From: Syncephalis fuscata S228
Lineage: Eukaryota > Fungi > Zoopagomycota
Direction of reading: 5' to 3'
NCBI GenBank assembly: GCA_025786725.1
Contig: JAHLTZ010000030.1
Coordinates: 186,001 to 250,000, forward strand
Length of the DNA stretch: 64,000 nucleotides
Shown here: positions 1 to 15,830 of the stretch, piece by piece
Layout of the letters: the number at the start of each line of letters is the position of its first letter
Numbering within the stretch: the first letter of the stretch is position 1
Program-made: the position numbers and the translations under genes
Notes under the pieces: model-generated
Told to the model about the DNA's origin: nothing
The model's input: the letters and a program-made list of their open reading frames with translations, nothing else
The model's database searches: none

Positions 1-204
1 CGTACAGTAGCACTGACTCAATAGTAGCAGTCATTGCATACACTGTTGATAGCGATTGCTGCCATCACCGCTATTAGCAATAATCGTATACTGATTAGCT
101 ACAGTTATTAGATCGACTATTAGACTTTGGTTGGTTATCGTTGCTATTTTAGAATAGAAGTAGTGGCGGTTATATCGGCAGTTTAATTGCCAGTAGCCAC
201 TATT

Positions 205-3032
<2,828 letters not shown>

Positions 3033-3709
3033 TTGGGTAGGAAGGAGATAGGAGTGTGACAAAGGAGTGAGAGAGAGTGAGAGAGTGAGAGAGGCATAGT
3101 ACAATTGGCCTATATACATATACATATACATATACATTACACGCATATGTATGTATGTATGTATGTATGTGCACAGGTTATAGCTAGACGAGTGCAATGA
3201 CTATTATTTGCGTTATCAAATTTAGTGAGCAAAAAGTCTGGCTTTTCTTCTTTCCCTCTTCAAACGCATCAAGTAAATTAGCACTACAAGCAAATGAAAT
3301 AGGCGTACACAATTAATTACGGAAGGATTCTCAAGTGCACTCTTTGCTCTTTGTTCTTTCTTTTTGATCTGCATGCTTATTCTCTACACATATCTAATAA
3401 AAGCATTTATATACATCAAATACTTGTGCCTTTCCAATGTTTCTATTTGTTAATGTAGTCTATAGTAATATATTATTATTATATTTATTATAGTTTAAAT
3501 GGTGCTATGTATTGTTTTTAAGAAATATTAATAGCAAAATGTAAATGTAAATATATTATTAAGTAAAAAACAATATCGTATACTTTGGAAATGAGGCGCT
3601 GGCATGTTAATTTACATACTGATTAATTAGAGAGTATTACTGTTTTATTAATTAAACAAACCATTAGTGCTTAATAGAAATTGTATTATTTGAATCAAAC
3701 GCTTTAAGT

Positions 3710-4709
3710 TTATGCATTCATATCCTTAATAATTGCTTTGAATGGTTCCAGCATGTTATAATAGTAGTCGATTTTGACACGATGAACTCGTGTATATGTG
3801 GAGGAATAAAGTGTTGTCACTCTTTAAGTTTGGGAATGAATCCTTAGCAAGAACACTAAGACATTGCTTTGGCATGTGTCCATGGAACAAGTCGCTAAAC
3901 CAGCCTGATGCAGTTGCATCGTAGCCATAATCGATGCACTGCCATTTGGTTTCTCTTTTGATGCATTCTTAGCATGATCACTATAGTTCTTAACAAGCTC
4001 ATTGGTATTTTTTGCTCTACGCGTGTACTCCCAGCTGCCCTCCAAATAATCCGACGACTGTGAATCCAGGCTGGACGTTTGTCTGAATTAGGACAAATCT
4101 TCCAAAGAAGACGACAACTTGCTTGCCTTGTTTTGTCATCTCATCGAGTGTGGGCCATGGAGCCTTAGTATCTGTACGTTCAAGCATCTTGCCCGACAAA
4201 TGCTGCTTGAGATTTGCAATAATAGCATTGGCCGTCGTTGCTTTATCGCCATCGTAGTCACCATACTCAATGACGATGACCTCGTTGGGATTTTGGGCAA
4301 TAAAGTCTTTAACCTGCTTGATATGTACATCTAACGGATCGCCAATGCCACGAACGCCACCCTCGCCGTGGCAAGTGACGACTGATTTTTTATTGACACA
4401 CGTGTCGATATCCAACAGACGAATGCCATTCTTTAGCTGAGTGCCAATGTCGTGGCCCGATTGGTTCTCCCAGAAACAACCGAGCATTGAACGGCTCGTA
4501 ACGCATTTTTTTATAAGGCCACAGCTTGCAGTTAACCTATAAGCGGCTGAATTGTGCGTGCCCATGAAAGTAAATCTGTCGAAGGGTAGACGACAATAGT
4601 CGGGTGATCCATTGCAAGATTTTGGTACAGCGGCTTCGGTTGAACTGGTAGCAGCCAGAATGGCAGTAGTAGCCAACAATAAGTATGGTGGATTTATAAA
4701 GCGAGTCAT
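3710..4709 (-). CDS. Secreted PI-PLC X-domain-like phosphodiesterase (intronless, apparent frameshifts near 4100-3880)
   Basis: Signal peptide; CNGSPDYC..FTFMGTHNS, QLKNGIRLLDID, NPNEVIVI and WPTLDEM motifs typical of fungal PLC-like phosphodiesterases. Confidence 0.85.
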
Positions 4710-5645
4710 ACTATTATTGATTGTTCAAATGTGTTTAATCGTTGCAAATGATTGAGATTAAAGGTCGATAGTTGGTGGTTTTAAATAAATGTTAGAATCG
4801 TTTCGGCAACTAAGGGAATGGGATATTGATGTTGTTGATAATTGCAAATGTAAGTGATTGCTAAAGTGCTTTATATACTATATAACTCCAATGATTACTA
4901 GTAAGCTATCAATAAGGCTTAAATACCTAGCACTTTGGTAGTTTACATGCAACTTAGTCACAACGCAATTTACCCATTACAGGCCTATTGACTTTATTAT
5001 TATTTCTTGTTTTTGGCCTTTTTTACTATTCAATCCAAATTGTTTGATTTGCTGCCACGTTGTATAAATATTAATTGGGCTATAAATGGCCTATTGTTTA
5101 TATCAATATTTAAGAGCACATGTACAGTATTAATTAGATTGCCATATAAGAATAGACACGTATATAATGCACTAAATTGATACTTTTAATGATAGTTGAA
5201 TTGACCCTGTATAAACAATCATATTGTGTACATTGAAACATCTTAAATGGTACTTTTAATTGATTAATTGATTAGTTGTTTGTCAAACAATGCTTAAACC
5301 AAACATAAATACAGTCTATATAATATAGATATCGTCATAAGTAAAGGCGCGCCTTATCAACCGTAAACAATGTTTTTTTTCACTTGCAATAGGACAGTGT
5401 TATTCAAAAATATAATTAATACAACTATAACTATTATATTAATATTTTAAAATAAATTAACCGTCGGCCTTTTTTTAACTATTTTAATTTTAACAAACGT
5501 ATTATTGCTAGTTATCAATAATAGCAATAATAATAATATAGACAAGTCACATGTATTTAAAGGTTTTGTAGATAATTAAGTTATTTATTTGATTTATATA
5601 ATTTATTGTGCACAACACATATACATATAAAAAGTAGTACATAGT

Positions 5646-6820
5646 TTATTTTGTATTTTTTGGTTTAAAATAGGCCGTCATTGGACGTGTATAAGGTGTT
5701 GATTTAGATGTACGCGACGGCTTACTCGCTTTGCCCTTTGTGGAGGACGATTTAGCCTTAGGTTTAGGACTAGCGTTTGTCGATGAACCACCACTGTTCG
5801 GTGATGCAGTAGTGCTTGTTTTGTTCTTATTCAATTGATCTACAGCGGAGGCCTGACTAAAGTATTGCTTAATACCATTGGCTGCCTCATCAATAGGCTT
5901 TATACACTCAACGCCGTGATTACTTGTATGGTTTACTTTTTGCGATACAGGATACCTGTCTTTTACTTAATATCAATCATGTAACTCATCTTTACCTACC
6001 ATGCTAACTGTCCATCAAATGGACATAGTTTCTTAAGCCAGTCTTTTTGTCCACTCAACCATTCCGAAGGATCATCAAGGACGACAGGCATCCGCTCATG
6101 AAGGCCTGAGATGTCATTTGCAGCATTTGTAGTCACAATGACATACGTATAGTTTATTTCGTCTATACAAACTAAGTAGTTATAAAAAGTAAAGCTCAAT
6201 CACATACCATTATTTAATGTCTCTGTGTACAATCCTGCCAATAACATGATCGACTGATCTGCTCGATGAATATAATATGGTATTCGATGCTTGTCTTGGT
6301 GTTTCCACTCATAATAGCTTTATGATGTCAACATAAATCAGTTGCTGTATAATATAACTTACCCTCGTGCTAGAACAACACATCGTTTATACTTTTCGCC
6401 AACAATTGGCTTACTTCGAATGGTATCGTCACGTATATTAATTATTATAGCCTTCTGATTGTATTTAGTAATGCCCCATTGCTGCATAGCAATAACACCT
6501 GTTAATAAACCGTTTATTAAATACAAACGAGACTATACCATGTTTTGAATAAGACGTTCGCCACTTTGACTGTCCCATATCAATGTCGGCTGTGTTTGCG
6601 TAGGAGCAACGTTGTAACTTTATAAACAACAGGTTATTACTATATTAAAATATATCTTTATAAACGATTACTTTGGTCGGAATTGCTCGGGATGAAGCCA
6701 ACGATAAAGGTGAAAGCGAGCCTGTATTGACTCGACATCCTATTGGCACTGCATTACTATTATCTGTTATATTCAATAGTATTAAACGCCCACCACTCCT
6801 AATTCCGTTCGACCGCACAT
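5646..6820 (-). CDS. SRAP-domain abasic-site processing protein (HMCES/YedK family), multi-exon
   Basis: Starts MCGRT (catalytic Cys2); YNVAPTQ, QWG, RCVVLARG..YEW, IVTT, LHERMPVVL, YPVSQKVN motifs in successive exons. Confidence 0.9.
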
Positions 6821-6959
6821 CTTCAAGTGTATTTGCAAACAGTAATGCTTGATAGAAAATAGTAAGTATATTGATGATTTAGTTAAACAAACAAATCAAT
6901 AAAATATATTCGTTATTAAAAATAAACTAGTTCTTTCTCTTTTGATTTTATCCGTAATC

Positions 6960-8303
6960 ATGACGGAGAAGCTACCTCCGCATCTTAATCGTCTGTTTGT
7001 ACCGCGACCGCCTCCAAAGCCTGTCGCGCCTCTTGATCGCGATCTAGGCCGTCGTCGCGGTCCCACTGTAGAGGGCATAGGAGCATACTTTAATTTACTA
7101 AAAGACTACGATCCTGACTACGTCCCACAAGAAACGCCTGAACAAGCTCGACTTCGTAAAGTAAGTTTGAACTGTGCAATAAAACGGCAGTCTTGTCGTT
7201 AGTAGCAGTAGCGGTTTATAGATCGATATCAGATGAGTATAATAATGACTAACGACCAACTGTAGCGCACGGAAAGACTAGCCAACACTGAAAAAACACT
7301 TAAAACACAGCTAGAAGATTGTAAGTTATGGCTTAATAGCGACGCGTCTTGTATGCGCCAGCTCATTTCGTTGCTAATACTGCTCAATAGGGGATCCTCA
7401 TAAAGATTCCAAAGCAAGTGGCGACCCATATAAAACACTATTTATTGGTCGTTTGGTAAGGCACAGTTTATTGTTTAGTACGCGTTATTTAATGCAGCTA
7501 TTTTGCATATTGAACAGAGTTATGAAGCAACCGAGGAAGATATTCGACGGGCATTTGATCGATATGGAAAAATTGTTAATGTAAATAGTAAATGGCATAC
7601 TACAGCGATGTTGTTACTTATTGCAAATTAGATTGGATTAGTACGTAAAAAGGATTCGCAAAAGTCGCAAGGTTATGCATTTATTGAATTCGAAGATGAG
7701 CGAGATATGAAAGGTAAAAAAAATGTTACTATATTGTTTAAAGGACAAAATACAATTATTTGAACTAGATGCCTACAAAGATGGCGACGGCATGAAACTA
7801 CTGGACCGTCGAGTTGTAGTGGATGTTGAGCGTGGCCGCACTGTCAAAGATTGGCGTCCTAAGCGTCTTGGTAAGTATTCGCGCGGTTCTATCATTTATA
7901 TATGCTTATTGTTCACCGTTTAATAGGTGGCGGATTGGGACAGACACGCGTTGGACGTCCTGACGAGAACCAACGCCATTCAGGACGTGATCCAGTTATT
8001 GGTGGTGGATACCAACCACCTGAGGAATCATCACGCCATACTAGTCGTGGACATAGTGGTCGTGGTTATGAGGGAAGATCAGGTGGCTACAGTTCTCGAT
8101 CAGGTGGCAATCATGGTGGATATGGCGGCCATGGACGCGATCATCGTGACCGAAATGGACATTACGACCGACATCATCGCAACAGGTCACGCTCTCCTCG
8201 GCGTGATTACCGCGACCGAGATCATGATCGTGATCGAGGCAGTCGTGACTATAGAGACCGTGGTGGCCGTGATCATCGAGATCGAGATGGATATCGACAC
8301 TAA
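6960..8303 (+). CDS. SNP1: U1 snRNP 70 kDa protein (multi-exon)
   Basis: [66 protein letters not shown]-rich tail. Confidence 0.95.
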
Positions 8304-8521
8304 ATAACTAATGGTTTATAAACAAAACTAAGTCTATTGAAATAAAGCGGTATTGAGTAATTTTTAAAGCAAATGGACTGATTAATTGACCGATTTGTAT
8401 GTACGCAGCTAGTATAGCTATAAATTGTAATAAATATAAAGTAAACAATGGGCGGTTTTATTCTAGTTTCATTTATATTCATTTATTTGTTTTTTAGCTC
8501 CAATTACTTAAAGAGATTGCA

Positions 8522-9625
8522 ATGTCAGATCTAGAAACTAAACAGTTGGATAGTTCTGTTTTGGAGGACACTACAGCCGAGATTAGTCAAGGCTTTATGC
8601 GTAGTCGTCTTAAATTCCTTAATAACTTGGAACGTATTTGTAAAGCGTATGAAGAAAAACCCGATAGTCCAGTTGTTGTAGATCTGGTCAATATGAAGGT
8701 TACGCGTGATACTGGGGCGATCGAGGAAGATGAGCGGTATCGTACAAGTAAAACCAAAACATCTAATGTTGTAAATAAAAGACATAATAAATATGTCATT
8801 AATAGCTATTGCAAGAAGCTGCAAGAAGCCTATTTTAATTCAGATTCTGATAACGAGCCTGATAGGGATGAAGACGACGAAGAAGACGATAAAGAAGACG
8901 AGGCGGACGACAAAGAAGCGCCCAGTATTATTAAAAAAGAGGATAACCAAGAGCGCATTTTACTAAATATACTTCAAGATCAACGTAAACGACTGTCTCA
9001 AATGGCCTTTGACGATGGTGATGATGATGCGTGGAGTACTGTTAAGCAAAAGCAGCCGCGACAATTAACAGATAAGCAAAAAAGCGATGAAATGCTCAAG
9101 TCTAGTACGCAGACTAGCAAGTATAATCAGATGAACGGCTTTACTAAAAACAATTTGAATAATCAACAATTCAACGCACGCCAGCAATCATCCGCTTCCT
9201 TTGTTAATAATGCTTGGAATACAACACGTGCGGTGAAAAGCGTTAGACCAGTGGCAACACAATTAAAACTATTTCGGTATACGCCTAAAAAATCACGTAC
9301 ACCAAAAGATAGCATCGATACCACAACAGTGAAAGAAGAGGCGAATGAGCCAACAATATGTACAAGCAAAAGATCTGAGCCATTGTCGGCGAACGAAATG
9401 CATTTATTGAACATGAAACAAGCTAAAGCATTTGCTAAAAGTACTGGACAAACAATATCTCAAAGAACGCTACAAAGTCCTATTTATTTAGCAGCATGGA
9501 TGAAGCTACACAATTGTCCCAAAGCTACTATAGTTTCACTATCTCGTGACAATTTTGGACATCAACGCAAAGCAATCTCTAAAAAGATGGGCAATACGTC
9601 ATCGTCTAATAACGACATAAAGTAG
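8522..9625 (+). CDS. 367-aa protein with N-terminal Scm3/HJURP-like CENP-A chaperone motif (tentative)
   Basis: Long single ORF; SRLKFLNNLERICKAY...VVDLVNMKVTRDTGAI resembles the Scm3 domain pattern (RLK..F..I.EKY...IDL.T..IV.DNGH), followed by acidic/disordered sequence. Confidence 0.55.
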   Translation: MSDLETKQLDSSVLEDTTAEISQGFMRSRLKFLNNLERICKAYEEKPDSPVVVDLVNMKVTRDTGAIEEDERYRTSKTKTSNVVNKRHNKYVINSYCKKLQEAYFNSDSDNEPDRDEDDEEDDKEDEADDKEAPSIIKKEDNQERILLNILQDQRKRLSQMAFDDGDDDAWSTVKQKQPRQLTDKQKSDEMLKSSTQTSKYNQMNGFTKNNLNNQQFNARQQSSASFVNNAWNTTRAVKSVRPVATQLKLFRYTPKKSRTPKDSIDTTTVKEEANEPTICTSKRSEPLSANEMHLLNMKQAKAFAKSTGQTISQRTLQSPIYLAAWMKLHNCPKATIVSLSRDNFGHQRKAISKKMGNTSSSNNDIK

Positions 9626-10275
9626 AGCCATATGAAGTAGAGCCACGTATCCTCCATTTTGTATAATCGTTGTGTTTTATTGTATTGAAGATATTGAAGG
9701 CTGGATTGATGTAGCAGTCATTATGCTTAATAAAGAGTCTATAATAAATGAGCAATTATAAATATGACGACACTTGAATCTGTAAAAATCCCTCAAAGGG
9801 TATATTTAATTAACCATTTAGTCATTAAGCCTAAAAGGCCTTTGGAGTTAGCAAGTTTTGATTTGATTTACTAATAAATATAGTCAATAAACAGGTAATA
9901 CACTGAAAACAAAGACCTAAAATAAATACACAAAGAACGGCGCAAAGTTCAGTTAGTAGTTGGGTAGATTGAGATATTAATAGATGCACTCAATTGAAAG
10001 ATTTAACGCCTTTGCTGTCGCCTAATAGTGGTTGGCCATGCTCTTTGTTAATACAACGCTATTGTCTAGCCACCTTAGCTCATAGATTCAGTACTTCAGA
10101 TGGGCTATAAATGTAGTTCAATTAGATTGCCAATAAAGACTACTACTATTATTATTCCCGCCAACATTTCTTTAGCATTAACATTTTATAGCATTGCACA
10201 TAACCATTCGGCTATCAAGTATCCACTCATTCATTCATTTATCATTCATTGTTTTTAGCATTTTATTCAATCTAA

Positions 10276-11827
10276 ATGTTTGGAAAATATACGCGGCTTT
10301 GTGCATTGGCCGTCGCATGTCTTATTGCATCGACTAGCCATGTAGATGCTCAACAATGCCAAGTGCGTCAGCGCCAGGAAATTCGTACACTTAGCGCTCA
10401 GCAACGAACAGCATTCCTCGGTGCCATTCGCAGTATGCAATCCACTGGATCGCCCAGTAAATATGACGAGTATACGCTTAGACACAACGATGCTCACGAT
10501 GCGGCTCATGGCAAACCCATGTTTCTTCCATGGCATCGTTGGTTTATTCGTGAATTTGAAAAAGATCTCCAAAGGTTTGATCCCAGTATCATGTTGCCTT
10601 ATTGGGTAAGTTAAATTACAATGATTTTAGATCGTGTCACTAACTTTAATGTAATTAGGACTGGTCCTATGACTCTCAACGACCAGCTGCTTCGCCTATA
10701 TTCCGATCTGACTGGCTAGGTGGCAATGGCAATCCTAACAACAACTACTGTGTAGATAGTGGTACTTTTGCTCAGCACAGACCATCCTACCCATCGCCTC
10801 ATTGTCTTAGACGGCGATTTAATAGAGGCACTCAGCTTTCTCCATATACACCACCTGAAGAATTATTAAGAATTAAACAAGCAGCTACCTATGGTGAATT
10901 TAAAAACCAGCTAGAAGGTCCCCCTCATGGAAATGTGCATATGACAATTGATACTACTGGCACTGATATGTCTACTATGTACAGTCCAAATGAGTAAGTT
11001 GTAGCTATTTTATTAATTAGCACTATCTAATCTGTATTTTATCATCCAGTCCTATTTTCTGGGTTCATCATGCCTTTGTTGATAAAATCTGGGCTGACTG
11101 GCAAGCAATCAATTCAAGAAATATGCGTGCCTATGGAGCGGACAATGAGCGGACTATTGGAGTAACCAGTAAAGATCAACTTTTTAACTCGCCACTCAGA
11201 GTGGAGGATGTATTTGATACTCGTGCTCTTTGCTACACCTATGCTCCATTTAGAAGTAATTCTCTTCTTCGCCGTGGTCTGCCATCTGAGTCGACACCGA
11301 CTGGCGATAACTCGACCAGCATCAATGCTAAAACCACATCAGCACCAGCCAGTGATAACTCGACCAGTACCAATACTAGCACCACAACAACACCACCTAC
11401 TCTTGATACCGCTTCCAAACAGTACACAGAAACCGTAGAAATTCTTGCTCTTCAACATCCCATGCCACTCCCCGATCACTGGATTATTATGAACAAACTT
11501 AACGTCACTGAAACTCGCCAAAATGAAGCCAAACAGTATGAACTCATTGAAAGTTGCAACAAAAATCCCAAATATATCTCCCCAGTCGTACCATTCCGCA
11601 ATGAAAATGTTATGAAGGATATATTATCGTATGCCGACAATATCATTTGTACTCTAGGTGGCAAGCAATTGAAGCTCGAGGTCAACAAAACCATTTCCGA
11701 TATAGGCCAATACATAGTAGAGATTATTAAGAAAGTAAGCAAGTTTATTGCCAAAGTCCAAGCAGACGGTTTTGAGGAAACAGCCAACAAAATTTTCAAT
11801 CAATTCAAAAAACCAGTATCGCATTAG
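10276..11827 (+). CDS. Secreted tyrosinase (type-3 copper), 3 exons
   Basis: Signal peptide; RQEIRTLS, AHGKPMFLPWHR (CuA), PYWDWS, PHGNVH...SPNDPIFWVHHAFVD-type CuB motif split by intron; Ser/Thr-rich linker. Confidence 0.92.
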
Positions 11828-11957
11828 TGTACTATACACACAGTAAATAAATATAAATTTGTTGTAATTAATCGTCATTTATTTTAATTGGTCATATTGT
11901 TGGTTAAAAAATATTTGAATTTATTGTAAATGGTAATAAATTAGTATAAAATTAAAA

Positions 11958-13243
11958 GGAATTTTGAAAAATACACTGTTTTTAAATCTTACCATAGCAA
12001 ATTCCTCTTTTTTAAATTTATTAATTAATAAAATCATTTTTTGTTTGCCCCACACTTCGCTTTTTTTGTAATGACTTTATCACCGATTAAATAGTCTTTA
12101 ATGGCATGTTTTCTTTTTTTTATAAATGTTTCATTAGTAGTTTGTATTTGTTTAATAAAAAACAATTGTTTTAATATCAATTGCTGTTTTAATATTATTA
12201 ATACTAATTCTTACAGAGTATGTTCTTGTATTGTATTTTTTGAGTTGCATTTGCCACCAGTATATTGTTGGAAGTCTTTTGACAAATAAAATACGACTAG
12301 CATTGTTATTAATATTGCTACAATTAGCTAAATTATGTAAATAAGCAAAGTTTTAAATTAAACTAGTTGTATTTATTATAATTAACATTTTTTTCCATCT
12401 GGCATTTTAGCTTTGCAACTTTTATTATTCAGTAATATTATAAATGCATAATACTGTTACTCAGCTAACAATAAAGATAGATTTTTATATTTTATTTTAT
12501 TTTAGCTTGTTACCAGAATTTATACAATTACAACTTTTGTTATAAATCTGCTAACTTGTTATTGTAATAAGTTAAAGCCATTTGATACTAATAATATTTT
12601 TTATTAAATTAATATTAAAATATTTGGCTAGGCTACTACTTCTATTTCTTTTTTTCCTTTGGTCACTTGGTCAATGGTACATCATTTTATTACTGATGTT
12701 GTAACAATGTCATTCTTTTTTATTAAACCAAAGGCAGATTAAACTTTGTAATAAAAATACTAGCATCTATTAAGCTATTACAATTGTTAGTGTATATTAA
12801 ATAATCAAATATGTACTTAATGTTTTTACTTGTAAATCTTTTGATTTTATATTTGAGAATGTAGCAACATCATTTGTAATAAATTTAATAATAGATCTAA
12901 TAGTATTATTACTAGAATCATATGCACAACCATTAGAATGGTTAAAATTGCATTGGACAATTTTTAATAAGCCAGTTTTTTGCTTTCTGGCCATCAAAAC
13001 AAACTGAAATTTGTTGCTGGAACGGCCTTCATAAGGACAAATAAGCTATAATTTTGCTGAATCACTATTTTCCTCTTAAAGTTGCAGCCGTTAACAAGCT
13101 TAAACTCGCCAACAGCGGCTTTTAGTTTTTCAATACTGTTAAATATAGCTTTTCTAAGTAGTTTGGTAGACATTTGGTAGATTTTTCAAAACGGTGTATT
13201 TCAATAAGTAAAATTTAAAAACAGTGTATTTTCTAATTTTTCC
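11958..13243 (-). mobile_element. Degenerate non-autonomous Mutator-like (MULE) DNA transposon with ~35-bp terminal inverted repeats
   Basis: GGAATTTTGAAAAATACACTGTTTTTAAATCTTAC (11958) is an imperfect inverted copy of 13208-13243; minus strand holds decayed LICPYE..KFQFVLMARK...NHSNGC (MULE N-terminal Zn domain-like) and a decayed CCHC knuckle; second copy elsewhere in window. Confidence 0.7.
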
Positions 13244-13291
13244 ATTTATTAATGCTACAGAATTAACAGTATACACAATATTTGCTGTAAA

Positions 13292-15185
13292 TTAGCGTAC
13301 TTTCTGCAGTAATCGTAAATGTCCTTCGACATTTTTACGCAATTCTTCAGTTGTTAGTAATCGTTTACATACAACATCATCCTAGTTGATCGGGAACATA
13401 CAAATGAATTTAAAATATACAAACAAGTTATTTACACTTACCAGTGCAAGTTTAACACCTGGATAAAGAATAGACCAGTATTTGTTAAAATCAGTATGAT
13501 GTCTATCAATACCAATGGTTCGTAGCTCTAACAGTACAACCTTTTTCATTGCCTAAAATACTAATAAGCATGTGATTAAATGAATGATATATCAGCTTAC
13601 TTTGTGATTAGAATTTTTAATGTTTTCGGCATTGGCTTTGTCAATCTAATTATCGATAACCATTAGTTGGCCTGAATTGGCTGTATTGCATGTAATTACC
13701 GCAGACTGCTTAGAAGGTAATGCTGGCTTTACTGTTGTCTTGACCGATTTTTTACCTGACAGTATTGCTGAATTTGGCGCGGCTGCACCGGTTCTTGCTG
13801 GCGAGTCAGTCAATCGTTGCATAAGTGTTCGATCTCGCTTTGAAAGGCGTTTTCTAATGCTGATTGGTGTTCTGGCTGCATTTGCTACTTGATTGTCTAT
13901 TTCCGCCGACACATGCTCCAAATATAAGTACTCTGCCAAACCATCTATTTATATTCGATAAGCATACGCTTGCTAGACCGCTTCCGTTCTATACTTGCCA
14001 ATTGATAATGAACTTTCCGTTTGGCCATCTAACGTTTTAATGGTTATTAATACAGATTTTATAATAAATACAATTACATACGGGCGCTATTGTTTGCTAG
14101 TTTAGATCCTGGAATTTGATTCCACCACGAATCAAACAATGCTAATGTATTTATTGATTCATTTCGTTCAATATACATTCTATTTCTGTTTGAGCACTAC
14201 TGGAAAGCAAAGATAAAGCTGAATTGTCATAATCACACAGATTAACAAATTCATCATAATTACGAAGCCATTCTGCTTTAATACATAAGCTTGACTCTGC
14301 TGTATTATGATCCAGAGTTGCATAAACTAGTAGTTCATGCGGCAACTGTGTATTTGCTTTAATCACCGTCGTTTCTATATTCCAAATGTAAGCAAATCAG
14401 CTGAATTGCCTCTTATTTCGTGCTATTACCAATATGATCGAATGGATTCAGTCCTATTTTACCAGCAGTCGTCCACCGAAGACGTGCTTGTGATGTGACA
14501 TGCAATACCAAGGCATATTGTGAATGTCCGCAGCCATCCATCTATGACATTCAACTAGTTTATACATCAAATAGTCTACAAACCATATCACCTTACCTTC
14601 GAGCTTCCCAAAACCGTATTAAAGAATTCAGTGGCTAGAGTTGCCTCCGGTATCGTTACGCTGTATTAATGTAAAATGAGCAAGATATACTTGTACAGTG
14701 TAATATTCTATCTTACACATCACTGCAAATACCCGTACGATAGATGGATGGTACAGTACAAGTTTGACAAATAGAAGCCAAATTCATGGTCACTGGCGTT
14801 GGTTCCAATTGATCCACGCTGATATTCATTTCACGCAATAATAATATACCTATTTAAAAGCAAACATTGTTGTATTGATCCAGATTAACATTCTACGCGC
14901 TGCTCTTACCCGTCAACTCAGCAGTCTCGCCAAGACAAACATTCAAAAGCGACGCGTCTATACAAGTGCATTATTGTTATTATGGCGTTTATAGCTGCAC
15001 ATGAATGCTCTACTTGTTACACATTTACCTAGTCCAATCGGTGCTAGTAGACTTGGATTGACATGGAGTGTTGCGTCCCAAATCACCATACGATGACCAA
15101 GATCTTCAACTGTCTCAGCAACTTCATTCTCTATGGTCGAGAGTGATGTCATGACACGTATAGGTAATTGGTCGATAATACTCAT
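13292..15185 (-). CDS. Multi-exon protein with C-terminal Sld7/MTBP-like domain (tentative replication-initiation factor)
   Basis: Exons joined by GT-AG introns; last exons read NHK-AMKKVVLLELRTIGIDRHHTDFNKYWSILYPGVKLAL, resembling Sld7 C-terminal helices. Confidence 0.55.
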
Positions 15186-15699
15186 TAAAAGTCTATAAAT
15201 TGCGCAAAGCAGCGATTTGTCGTTCTCCCGTCAGTATATATGAAACAAAAAAAACTTTCTACAATTCTGCCTGTTAAATAAGAGGAAAAAATGTGCTGCT
15301 CACTAATTGATGCCTGTTTTTTGTACAACTATCACAACTTATGTTAGCTATAGATTATTTTGATCACTGATGTCACTCACCACCCATCATCATGTTTAAT
15401 ATATTGAATATTACTAAAATAGTCGTTTTAACCACAAATCATACTAAATGACCAATAAATTTAATTAAATTGTATAATAATGTTAAATGACATACAATGT
15501 ATTATATAATAATGCATTTTATTTAAATCAACTAGCAAGTATCAAAATTAAAAGTTAAAAATTAAATGGTACATAGCATGTGTATATTAGTACAACAACA
15601 CTAGTACAATCAAATAGAACAATTAACTAAATAATTATTGATATCACTGCTAAAATAGCTGATGTGGTTGTAATCATAGTAAATATAACTCATTGCAAT

Positions 15700-15830
15700 A
15701 TGTTAGTATTCAATCAATCTTTCTACACATGGCTAAAAACAATAATCGGTTTTAAATGTTCCAAAGAAATAAAATAGTATGTTACACGATTTATTTAAAT
15801 CAGTTTATTAGCAATATTTTAATAGAAAGT
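15700..15830 (+). repeat. Dispersed AT-rich repeat; copies at ~31640-31800 (+) and ~46730-46800 (-)
   Basis: Shared TATTCAATCAATCTTTCTAC...AATAGTATGTTACA...AATATTTTAATAGAAA block. Confidence 0.7.

Noticed and set aside
3060-3175. (GA)n/(GAGT)n, (TACATA)n and (TATG)n runs after PAP1
   Set aside because: Ordinary microsatellites; the ORFs over them are low-complexity artefacts
7927-8307. Alternative-frame 126-aa ORF over U1-70K, and similar antisense ORFs over PHB2, SLC26 and CRAL-TRIO genes
   Set aside because: Shadows of biased codon usage in the real coding frames
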